Of a stretch of DNA of 37,517 bases, positions 24,792 to 34,530 are shown piece by piece; position 1 is the first letter of the stretch; the number at the start of each line of letters is the position of its first letter. The notes under the pieces were generated by a model that worked only from the letters and a program-made list of their open reading frames with translations, was not told the DNA's origin and did not search any database. The position numbers and the translations under genes are program-made. Source of the DNA: Ktedonobacteria bacterium (GTDB lineage: Bacteria > Chloroflexota > Ktedonobacteria > Ktedonobacterales > JADMIN01); assembly GCA_027307065.1 (NCBI GenBank), contig DAHUXT010000002.1, forward strand, positions 1 through 37,517, read 5' to 3'.

Positions 24792-26170
24792 GCATTGGGC
24801 GCAGCGACATCTGATGCCGATGATGCTTCGTGCCTTGGCGCGGAAGATGTGGCCAGTGGCAGCGTGAAGGAGAATGTGCTGCCTTTACCGATGCGGCTCT
24901 CCGCCCACATGCGCCCGCCATGCAGCTCTACCAGATGCCGCGCAATGGCGAGTCCAAGCCCGGTGCCCGCAGCAGCGCGTGTCTCTGGCAACGCCGACGC
25001 TTCGGCGGCTCTCGTGCGGGCGCGATCCACCTTGAAGAAGCGCTCGAAGACGCGGGGGAGATCGTTCTCGTCGATGCCCACGCCGGTGTCAGTCACGTGA
25101 ATCGCCATCATGGGGGGCGTTGGCAGGCTCTCCGGTAGCGTGTCGATTACCTCCGCCGAGATCGTCACACATCCGCCCTGCGGCGTGTATTTGATGCCAT
25201 TGTGAATCAGGTTGATCAGCACCTCGCCCGCTCGGCTGGCGTCCGCCTGCGCGTCGGGCAGGTCGTCAGGGATATTGGAGACAAGATTGACGTTTCGTTC
25301 CTCGGCGAGCGGGCTCATCCGGCCAATGCTCACCTCCACCAGTCCGCCAATATCTACCGACTCCGTCCGCAGCTTGATCTTGCCCGATTCAATGCGCGAG
25401 AGCTCTAGTAACTCGGCCACCATCTGGGTCAGATGATCGATCTCGCCGCTAATCCGCTGCGCAAACCCACGCGCCGCCACTGGATCATCCTCAACCGCCA
25501 CTGCCAGCGTATCGGTGAGTAGTTTGACTGCCGCAAGCGGGGTGCGCAACTCATGGGAGACGTGCGCCACAAAGTCGCTCCGCATGAGTTCAAGCCGCCT
25601 CAGCTCCGTCAAGTCCTCGATGGTGAAAATCATCCGCTCCACATCAGGGGCGGGATCGAGTTCGGGCACGCCGGGTGATGGCTGACGGGGCGTCGTAATC
25701 GGTGTGACCGAGACATGCCAGGTCTGTCCGGTCGTCGCGCGGCGAAAGGTCGCCTCGGAGGGGAGGTGCGTCTCTGATGCTTCGAGCAACACGCGCATCG
25801 CTTCGTAGTCCTGTATGACACTCGCAGCCGCCCGGCCAATCACCTGGTCTTGTGGCAGACGAAGCAGTGTGAGTGCGGCGACATTCGCGAACAGAATCAC
25901 GCGGTCCTGGTCGGTAATGAACACTGGGCGCGGATAGGCCTCGAGCAGCACGCCAGAGATGTCGTGGAGCCGAGCAATCTCGTGCAAACGGCTCGCTAGC
26001 CTGCGCTCGACGATATAACGCGCTTCCTCTGCCATGCGCCGCTTGCGTTCTTCCACTCGCAGGCGCAGCCAGGCGAAGGCTCCTACTACTACCATGCCGG
26101 CGACAAACGCCTCCAACAGAGACGCGATATCGCTTCCGTTGCCCATGTCTGCCGTCTCAACTTTCCCCAT
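24752..26170 (-). CDS. PhoR/SenX3-like sensor histidine kinase (TM anchor, PAS, HisKA, HATPase_c)
   Basis: H-box SDFVAHVSHELRTPLAAV, N-box LINLIHNGIKYT, G-boxes DTGVGI and GTGLGLAI, and an N-terminal TM helix LLEAFVAGMVVVGAFAWL. Start ATG 26170 or 26146; the track ORF extends to 26245. Divergent from pstS. Confidence 0.85.
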   Translation of the reverse strand: MGKVETADMGNGSDIASLLEAFVAGMVVVGAFAWLRLRVEERKRRMAEEARYIVERRLASRLHEIARLHDISGVLLEAYPRPVFITDQDRVILFANVAALTLLRLPQDQVIGRAAASVIQDYEAMRVLLEASETHLPSEATFRRATTGQTWHVSVTPITTPRQPSPGVPELDPAPDVERMIFTIEDLTELRRLELMRSDFVAHVSHELRTPLAAVKLLTDTLAVAVEDDPVAARGFAQRISGEIDHLTQMVAELLELSRIESGKIKLRTESVDIGGLVEVSIGRMSPLAEERNVNLVSNIPDDLPDAQADASRAGEVLINLIHNGIKYTPQGGCVTISAEVIDTLPESLPTPPMMAIHVTDTGVGIDENDLPRVFERFFKVDRARTRAAEASALPETRAAAGTGLGLAIARHLVELHGGRMWAESRIGKGSTFSFTLPLATSSAPRHEASSASDVAAPNAQGLPGGTSSSVR

Positions 26171-26249
26171 GCGCACATAGACGCATTCGCGGCTCACCAA
26201 AGGTAGTGTATCGCATCGCGAACTCAGGCGCGAACGGCGCGTCACCGCT

Positions 26250-26308
26250 TTAACACAACATTAACACGATTTCTAAAAGCCATTAACAGTCGCACCCTAC
26301 GGTTAATA
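26250..26308. promoter_or_regulatory. Pho-box-like array of TTAACA-type direct repeats with 11-bp phasing
   Basis: TTAACA at 26250, 26261 and 26283 (11- and 22-bp spacing), a degenerate TCTAAA at 26272, and TTAATA at 26303. The array lies in the divergent kinase/pstS intergenic region. Confidence 0.55.
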
Positions 26309-26398
26309 CGGACGGGTATGACAGCAGGGCGCATCCTGACACCGATGCCCGTCACGTCACGTCAAATAATCTGGGCTGATGGAGTCTGAGGAGGAATC

Positions 26399-27517
26399 AT
26401 GTTCGATCGCATCTCTGCGATTCGTTCTCTTGGGTCGAAAATTGCGTTGAGCGCTGTTGTCGCAGCCAGCCTTGTGGTTGCAGCATGTGGAACAACGTCA
26501 ACACCCACAGCAAATGGCACCACGTGTCCGTCAACGACATCACTTTCCGGCGCGGGTTCTACATTCGATGCGCCACTCTTCTCCAAGATGTTCACGGAGT
26601 ACGCTGGAATTAGCTGTAAGGTTCAGATCAATTATCAAGCCGTTGGAAGCGGCACTGGCATCACCCAGTTGTTGCAGCAAACGGTTGACTTTGGCGCTTC
26701 CGATGCGCCAATGAAGGATACCGACCTCGCCAAGAGCCCGAACGGCGCTATTCTGCACATTCCGGTAACGATTGGTGCGGTTGCCATTTCCTACAATCTG
26801 TCGCAGGTTGATGCCTCGACACATCTCAAGCTCACTGGCCCAGTGCTTGCCAACATCTTCCTTGGCAACATCAAGTTCTGGGATGATACCGCGATTGCGC
26901 AACTGAACACCGGTACTACGCTTCCGCATGTTGCGATTACCGTCGTTCATCGTTCAGATGGCAGCGGCACTACAGGCATCCTCAGCCACTATCTTACTGC
27001 TGTTAGCCCCGACTGGTCTTCGAAGGTTGGTGCGGGCAACACGCTGAACTGGCCGACGGGTGTAGGTGCGAAGGGTAACGCGGGTGTTGCGTCTGCGGTA
27101 AAGAACACCGCTGGCTCGATCGGGTATAATGAACTGGCATACGTGCTCACCAACACGATCCAGTACGCCCAGGTGCAGAACCAAAACGGCGAATTCGTGG
27201 CGCCTTCGCTCGATAGCGCAAAGGCTGCGGCGGCGAACTTCACGAACATCCCAGCCGACCTGCGCTTCTATATTGTCAACGCTGGTGGTGCTGGTTCGTA
27301 TCCTATCAGCGGCTATTCCTGGGTGCTCGTCTACCAGAAGCAGACCAGCTCCGATAAGGGGCAGGCGCTTGCGAATGCCGTGTGGTGGATGGTGCATGAT
27401 GGTCAGCAGTTCTCGGCGGCGCTGAGTTATGTGGCTCTCCCTGCCAACATCGTTCAAAAGGACGAGGCGCAGATCAAGTCCATGACCTGCGGTAGCGGCG
27501 CCTGCTACAAGGGTTAG
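26399..27517 (+). CDS. pstS: Phosphate ABC transporter substrate-binding lipoprotein
   Basis: AGGAGG RBS and lipoprotein signal with lipobox LVVAAC. PstS blocks GAGSTFDAPLF, YQAVGSGTGI, FGASDAPM, VHRSDGSGTT. Confidence 0.9.
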   Translation: MFDRISAIRSLGSKIALSAVVAASLVVAACGTTSTPTANGTTCPSTTSLSGAGSTFDAPLFSKMFTEYAGISCKVQINYQAVGSGTGITQLLQQTVDFGASDAPMKDTDLAKSPNGAILHIPVTIGAVAISYNLSQVDASTHLKLTGPVLANIFLGNIKFWDDTAIAQLNTGTTLPHVAITVVHRSDGSGTTGILSHYLTAVSPDWSSKVGAGNTLNWPTGVGAKGNAGVASAVKNTAGSIGYNELAYVLTNTIQYAQVQNQNGEFVAPSLDSAKAAAANFTNIPADLRFYIVNAGGAGSYPISGYSWVLVYQKQTSSDKGQALANAVWWMVHDGQQFSAALSYVALPANIVQKDEAQIKSMTCGSGACYKG

Positions 27518-27532
27518 TTCGCAAGCTGGAGG

Positions 27533-27554
27533 CCGTCAGAAGCGACTTCGACGG
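27533..27554 (+). other. Small hairpin in the pstS-pstC spacer (possible attenuator or processing site)
   Basis: CCGTC(A)GAAG-CGA-CTTCGACGG, 16 nt after the pstS stop, with no U-tract. A second imperfect pairing is GGCAGTCCTCC (27569-27579) with GGAGGGCTGCC (27608-27618). Confidence 0.3.
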
Positions 27555-27689
27555 AGCTCTAGTCGTGGGGCAGTCCTCCTAAATCGGCCAGTACGTGCCG
27601 GGTTTTGGGAGGGCTGCCATTGTGTGTGAATTCGATACATTCAGAAAATGTGTCCATTACAGGCTGCGGAAACAAGGCTGGTGACGCGT

Positions 27690-28706
27690 ATGCAGATACC
27701 TATTGAAACATCATTGAACGGCGCTCGTGGGCGTGTGAGAGACTGGATCACGCAATCCAGAATACGCCTTCGCGTCGAAACGCGACGGCCCGCCAACCTT
27801 GCATTTCGTGCTCTCATGTTGATATTTGTTGGCATCGTTATACTCATCGTTCTCGGAATCACCTTCGTGTTGGTGAGCAATTCCTGGCTCTCGATTCGCA
27901 CATTCGGCTTAAGCTATCTCAGCAATGATGCCTTTGATCCTGTTCATAACACGTACGGTGTGCAGCCAGCAATATTTGGCACGCTCGTCACGTCGCTCTT
28001 CGCGCTGATTTTCGCGCTGCCTATCGGTATTGGCACGGCTATATTTCTGGTAGACTATTGCCCGCGTCGCCTGCGTTTGCCATTTGCCTTCGTGCTGGAC
28101 TTGTTGGCGGCGATACCGAGTGTTGTACTCGGCCTGTGGGGATTTCTTGTCATGGCGCCATGGCTTCAAAACTCCGGAGAACCATGGCTTCAAAAGCATT
28201 TTGGATTTCTGCCTTTCTTCCAGGGCACCCCGCATGGGCTAGGCCTGCTTGCGGCTGGCATGATTCTGACAGTGATGATTCTTCCGATCATTACTGCTAT
28301 CTCCCGTGAAGTCATGCTCAATGTGCCGACGTCTCAACGAGAGGCGCTGCTCGCTCTTGGAGCAACACGATGGGAAGTCATTCGCCATGCGGTGATTCCA
28401 TTCTCACGCGTGGGTATCGCGGGTGGAGCGATCCTTGGGTTGGGGCGCGCGCTCGGTGAGACAATCGCGGTGACGATGGTCATTGGAAATCAGGCAGCGC
28501 CCCCCAGCGCCAATCTCTTCAATACTGGCTACACACTTTCCAGTGTCATCGCCAATCAATTTGGTGAGGCCACACCCGGAATCTTCGTCTCGGCAGTGCT
28601 CGAGGCAGGGCTTTTGCTCCTGATCATCACCTTGATTACGAATATATTGGCGCGTGTGCTCATTGCCCGGCTTGGGAGGGTACGTGCGGGAGGTGTTTCA
28701 CGATGA
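27690..28706 (+). CDS. pstC: Phosphate ABC transporter permease
   Basis: Multi-TM protein with the PstC-type EAA region (ISREVMLNVPTSQREALLALGATRWEVI). Start ATG 27690 preferred over 27648. ATGA overlap with pstA. Confidence 0.9.
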   Translation: MQIPIETSLNGARGRVRDWITQSRIRLRVETRRPANLAFRALMLIFVGIVILIVLGITFVLVSNSWLSIRTFGLSYLSNDAFDPVHNTYGVQPAIFGTLVTSLFALIFALPIGIGTAIFLVDYCPRRLRLPFAFVLDLLAAIPSVVLGLWGFLVMAPWLQNSGEPWLQKHFGFLPFFQGTPHGLGLLAAGMILTVMILPIITAISREVMLNVPTSQREALLALGATRWEVIRHAVIPFSRVGIAGGAILGLGRALGETIAVTMVIGNQAAPPSANLFNTGYTLSSVIANQFGEATPGIFVSAVLEAGLLLLIITLITNILARVLIARLGRVRAGGVSR

Positions 28707-29599
28707 GTCTGACTGCACCTGAGACACAACGCACCGACCTGTTCGCCGCGCCGAAAGGCGGATTATACATTCGGCGGCAGATTGCCAGTGTAGCTGCTAT
28801 CGTGCTGACCACATTGTTCGCAGCGGCCGCGCTGGCTTTCCTGATCTATCTCGTGATATTCGTCGCGAAGCAGGGCCTTCGCTTTCTCAATGTTGATTTC
28901 TTCACCCAGCCTCCCGCGGCGCTTGGCGAGTTGGGTGGGGGAGTGCAGCCCGCTATCGTCGGATCCCTCATAATTGTTGGGATTGCGTCGCTCGTCGGAA
29001 TACCACTGGGGCTGTTTACAGGAATTTACCTGGCAGAATTCGGTCGTGGCTGGCTGTCCTCGACACTCCGCTTTCTAGTGGACATGCTTACTGGCATTCC
29101 CAGCATTATCTTTGGACTGTTCATCTGGGTGCTGATCGTCGTGCCATCGCACTCGTTCTCTGGCCTAGCTGGTGGCCTTGCCTTGTCCATCATCATGATT
29201 CCCACAGTCGCGCGGGCAACGGAGGAAGTGCTGCGACTCGTCCCCAGGGAATTACGAGAAGCATCTATCGCACTCGGTGCGACCGAGTCGCGCACTATCG
29301 TCCAGGTGGTGCTGCCAGCCGCTTTGAGTGGCATTATTACCGGTGTCATGCTTGCGCTGGCGCGTGTAGCGGGTGAGACGGCACCGCTACTCATGACAGC
29401 TTTCGGAAGCCAATTCTTCAATATCGACATCGCGAGACCCATGGCGGCATTGCCGCTACAGGTATTCAACTATACGTTGAGTCCGTATGACACGCAGATC
29501 AGTCAAGCCTATGCGGGCTCGTTTGTTCTGATGGCGTTGGTGATCGTGACGTCGCTGGCGGTACGCTGGGCTACCGGAGGCTTCAAATCGAGTCGGTAG
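28703..29599 (+). CDS. pstA: Phosphate ABC transporter permease
   Basis: PstA-type permease with EAA loop (TEEVLRLVPRELREASIALGATESRTI). Start overlaps the pstC stop. Confidence 0.9.
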   Translation: MSLTAPETQRTDLFAAPKGGLYIRRQIASVAAIVLTTLFAAAALAFLIYLVIFVAKQGLRFLNVDFFTQPPAALGELGGGVQPAIVGSLIIVGIASLVGIPLGLFTGIYLAEFGRGWLSSTLRFLVDMLTGIPSIIFGLFIWVLIVVPSHSFSGLAGGLALSIIMIPTVARATEEVLRLVPRELREASIALGATESRTIVQVVLPAALSGIITGVMLALARVAGETAPLLMTAFGSQFFNIDIARPMAALPLQVFNYTLSPYDTQISQAYAGSFVLMALVIVTSLAVRWATGGFKSSR

Positions 29600-29628
29600 G
29601 TGGGCGTGACGCAAAGAGGTGGTAACCA

Positions 29629-30381
29629 ATGACCATTGAGATACAAGATCTGAATGCGTGGTATGGGAAGAAACAGGCACTTTACGAAATCAACCTGAAG
29701 ATCCGTCCTCATTCTGTCACGGCGCTGATCGGCCCGTCGGGCTGTGGGAAGTCGACCTTTGTGCGATGTCTCAATCGCATGCACGAAGAGGTTCCGACGG
29801 CTCGGGTTGAAGGGAACGTGCTCGTTGAAGGCACTAACATTTACAGGCGCGACATTCGGCCGATCTACGTCCGGCGCCAGATAGGGATGGTATTTCAGCA
29901 ACCCAACGTGCTTCCCACACGCAGCATATTCGACAACGTCGCAATCGGTGTCCGCTTGAATGGCTTGGCTAGCGGCACTGCGTTGAGCGAGGTTGTAGAG
30001 AGGAGCCTCAGGCACGCTGCACTGTGGAATGAAGTGAAAGATCGCTTGCATACCGCCGCGGCGCAGCTTTCCGGTGGTCAGCAGCAGCGGCTATGCGTGG
30101 CCCGAGCCCTGGCAGTAGAGCCACATGTCCTACTTATGGACGAACCTGCCTCGGCACTCGATCCCATTGCGACACAGCAAATCGAGGATCTGATGGATGG
30201 CCTTAAGCAGCAGTATACTATTGTGGTCGTCACCCACAATATGCAGCAAGCTGCACGGATTGCAGATCGAACGGCCTTCTTTCTGCAAGGGCGTCTTGTT
30301 GAAGAAGGGCCCACAGCGGCCATCTTTTCTCAGCCAGAGCGCAAAGAGACCGAAGATTACGTGACGGGACGGTTCGGATGA
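29629..30381 (+). CDS. pstB: Phosphate ABC transporter ATP-binding protein (copy 1)
   Basis: Walker [10 protein letters not shown], signature LSGGQQQRL, Walker [12 protein letters not shown], and PstB-typical C-terminus [10 protein letters not shown]. Confidence 0.9.
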   Translation: MTIEIQDLNAWYGKKQALYEINLKIRPHSVTALIGPSGCGKSTFVRCLNRMHEEVPTARVEGNVLVEGTNIYRRDIRPIYVRRQIGMVFQQPNVLPTRSIFDNVAIGVRLNGLASGTALSEVVERSLRHAALWNEVKDRLHTAAAQLSGGQQQRLCVARALAVEPHVLLMDEPASALDPIATQQIEDLMDGLKQQYTIVVVTHNMQQAARIADRTAFFLQGRLVEEGPTAAIFSQPERKETEDYVTGRFG

Positions 30382-31280
30382 AATCTACCGTCTTGCGTAA
30401 GGCCGATACTGAGAGGCAGACAAACGTGATGGAGCTTCGTCCAGTAGAAGAACAAGATATTATTGAATCACCGAATCCAAATGCAACGTCAACTGATGAT
30501 TCGTCGGTGATCTCGCAGATCACAGGCGAAGTCAAGATACATATCAGCGATTTGAACGTGTATTACGGTCAGACGCACGCGCTCAAGAACATCTCAATGG
30601 ACATCCCAGAGCTCCAGGTGACCGCGCTGATGGGCCCATCTGGGTGCGGCAAGTCGACCTTCATCCGCGCGCTCAATCGCATGCATGACTTGACCCCCAC
30701 AGCGCGCGTGATGGGGACGATTTTACTCGATGGCGAAGACATCTACGCTCAGGGTACCGACGTAGTACACCTTCGCCAGCGGGTAGGCATGGTGTTTCAG
30801 CGGCCTAACCCCTTCCCGAAGTCGATCTTCGAGAACGTCGCCTATGGCTTACAGGTGCAGGGTGGCCACAAATCGAGCGAAGTGAAGGAGATGGTCGAGC
30901 GAAGCCTGCGCGGTGCGGCATTGTGGGATGAGGTGAAGGATCGGCTGAAGCAGAGTGCGCTCGGCCTTTCTGGCGGCCAGCAGCAGCGGCTCTGTATTGC
31001 GCGGGCGCTGGCGGTAGAGCCTGAGGTTATTTTGATGGACGAGCCGTGCTCGGCGCTCGATCCGATCGCGACATTGAAGATCGAAGAACTGATCGAGCAA
31101 CTGCGCCAGCGTTACACGATTGCCATCGTAACACATAACCTTCAGCAGGCGGCGCGCGTCTCGCAATATACGGGGTTCTTTCTGACCGGCAATCTGGTGG
31201 AGTACGCGCCGACGGAGCAGCTCTTTTCGCGTCCGCAGAAGCGGCAGACTGAAGATTTCATCACGGGTCGTTTTGGATAG
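30378..31280 (+). CDS. pstB: Phosphate ABC transporter ATP-binding protein (copy 2, about 45-aa N-terminal extension)
   Basis: Walker [44 protein letters not shown] overlap with copy 1; an alternative internal start is MELRPVEE. Confidence 0.9.
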   Translation: MKSTVLRKADTERQTNVMELRPVEEQDIIESPNPNATSTDDSSVISQITGEVKIHISDLNVYYGQTHALKNISMDIPELQVTALMGPSGCGKSTFIRALNRMHDLTPTARVMGTILLDGEDIYAQGTDVVHLRQRVGMVFQRPNPFPKSIFENVAYGLQVQGGHKSSEVKEMVERSLRGAALWDEVKDRLKQSALGLSGGQQQRLCIARALAVEPEVILMDEPCSALDPIATLKIEELIEQLRQRYTIAIVTHNLQQAARVSQYTGFFLTGNLVEYAPTEQLFSRPQKRQTEDFITGRFG

Positions 31281-31325
31281 TTGTCAGGGAAGATGCTAAT
31301 GCGGCGAAAGGGACAATGATTCACC

Positions 31326-31979
31326 ATGCCACGAGATACATTTCACCAGGAATTGCGCGAAATCGAAGAGTCAGTGATTACCATGGCAACGATGGTCGAG
31401 AGCGAGATCGCCCGTGCCATGCAAGCGCTCACGCAACGCGATGTGGTGCTCGCCGAGGGTGTTGTCACCAGTGATGGCGAGGTCAACGAAATGCAGCGGA
31501 CTATCCGCAGCCGCTGCATCAACGTGATCGCGCTTCAGGCGCCCGTGGCGCGCGACCTGCGCGAGCTGATTACCGTGCAGCTCGTCATCAACGAACTGGA
31601 GCGGATGGGCGACCATGCCGTGGGCATCTCGAAGCAGACGCTCCGTATCCGCGACTATGAAACCTCGCCGATTGCCTATGAGTTGAGCGAATTGGCGAAA
31701 CTCGTCCGCGAGCAGGTGCGCGCCTGCATCCAGGCATTTGTGGATGTCAACGTGCAGCAGGCACGCGAGATTTGCGTCAAAGACGATGAGGTAGACCAGC
31801 AATATCGCACCATCTTCAATGAGGTGCTGGGGCTGATGACCCGCGATTCCGCCTCGGTTCCTGTCGCGACGAGTCTGCTCTTCATCGCGCACGATCTGGA
31901 GCGCATCGGCGATCGGGTTACGAATATCTGCGAAGACGTGATCTACATGGTGTCGGGACAAATCGAGGAATTGAACTGA
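31326..31979 (+). CDS. phoU: Phosphate signalling complex protein PhoU
   Basis: Two PhoU repeats with ELERMGDHAV and DLERIGDRVTNI metal-site motifs; 217 aa. Confidence 0.9.
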   Translation: MPRDTFHQELREIEESVITMATMVESEIARAMQALTQRDVVLAEGVVTSDGEVNEMQRTIRSRCINVIALQAPVARDLRELITVQLVINELERMGDHAVGISKQTLRIRDYETSPIAYELSELAKLVREQVRACIQAFVDVNVQQAREICVKDDEVDQQYRTIFNEVLGLMTRDSASVPVATSLLFIAHDLERIGDRVTNICEDVIYMVSGQIEELN

Positions 31980-32067
31980 TCGCTGCCCTGAACGTATTCA
32001 CACGGGGGAGCACGCGATCATCCAGCGCAGAGGACGCGCACCAGCGAGACACACGGGGGACACGGCT

Positions 32068-32793
32068 GTGAGCCAACGCACACTGCTTGTGGTTGAGGAT
32101 GACGCCGCATTGCGGGATACGATTGCGTACAACCTGCGGCGTGAGGGCTACCTCGTGCTGATGGCGTCAGATGGCGTGACCGCGCTCGAAATCGCCCGTC
32201 AGCAGCCTCCGTCGCTGGTGTTGCTGGACCTGATGCTGCCGCGCCTCGACGGTCTCGATGTCTGTCGCCAGTTGCGCAGTCGCCCCGAGACGGCGAATCT
32301 GCCCATTCTGATGCTGACGGCTCGTGGCGAGGAAAGCGATGTGGTCGTCGGGCTGGAGATGGGCGCCGACGACTATGTGACCAAGCCGTTTAGCTGGAAT
32401 GAGTTGCGCGCGCGTGTACGGGCGCTGCTGCGACGTGGCGAGCAGCCCCTGGCCGGGCAGCATGATGAGCCGGAACCCGGCCAGCCTGGCTCGCATATTC
32501 TCTCGTCGGGCGACATCCGCATTGACGAAGACCGCCGCGAGGTCTTCCGTCGCGACCAGCCGATCGAACTGCCAGCACGCCTCTTCGACCTGCTGACCTA
32601 CATGGTGCGCAACCGTGGCACAGTGCTTACCCGCGACCGCCTGTTGGAGCACGTCTGGGGTTACGAGTACGACGGCGACAACCGCACCGTAGACGTGTAT
32701 GTGCGCTGGCTGCGCGAAAAGCTGGAAGATGATCCGGCCAACCCTCAGTTCATCCTGACTGTGCGCGGCGTAGGCTACCGCTTCAAGGGATAG
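32068..32793 (+). CDS. OmpR/PhoB-family response regulator (PhoP/RegX3-like)
   Basis: GTG start with GGGGGA RBS. Receiver domain (LLVVEDD..., LVLLDLMLP phospho-acceptor Asp, DDYVTKPF) and a winged-helix output (TVDVYVRWLREKLE, LTVRGVGYRF). Confidence 0.9.
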   Translation: MSQRTLLVVEDDAALRDTIAYNLRREGYLVLMASDGVTALEIARQQPPSLVLLDLMLPRLDGLDVCRQLRSRPETANLPILMLTARGEESDVVVGLEMGADDYVTKPFSWNELRARVRALLRRGEQPLAGQHDEPEPGQPGSHILSSGDIRIDEDRREVFRRDQPIELPARLFDLLTYMVRNRGTVLTRDRLLEHVWGYEYDGDNRTVDVYVRWLREKLEDDPANPQFILTVRGVGYRFKG

Positions 32794-32816
32794 GCACGGC
32801 GTGCGGCAGATCACGC

Positions 32817-32846
32817 AAAAGGCCCGGCGCCATACGACACCGGACC
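32817..32846 (-). terminator. Intrinsic terminator downstream of rpoD
   Basis: Minus-strand GGUCCGG(UG)...(CG)CCGGGCC hairpin (one G-U in the core stem) followed by UUUU; starts about 30 nt after the rpoD stop. Confidence 0.55.
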
Positions 32847-32876
32847 TCGAAAATACCACCAGATGAGCAGTGCGAA

Positions 32877-34289
<1,413 letters not shown>

Positions 34290-34530
34290 CTCCCCGCATC
34301 GCCTCCTGAAGAATCTCCTGACCAGCCGCGCAGGATGCACACCGATCACGGGGCATCCAGACAAGCAAGCGCCCACCACCAGGGCGCTTTATATCCCCAT
34401 GTGCCAGGTCTTTTGCAACCAGCAGAATCTACTCTCAATGTACTGAAACGAACGTCCCGCCAAATCTGCACTCAATTCGCAAATGTACGTGGACATTCGT
34501 GATATAATTCGCTCACAGTGTCTGCTGGGT

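Noticed and set aside
26350-26364. CGTCA x3 micro-repeat in the pstS leader
   Set aside because: Very short, with no known function. It is mentioned only for completeness.
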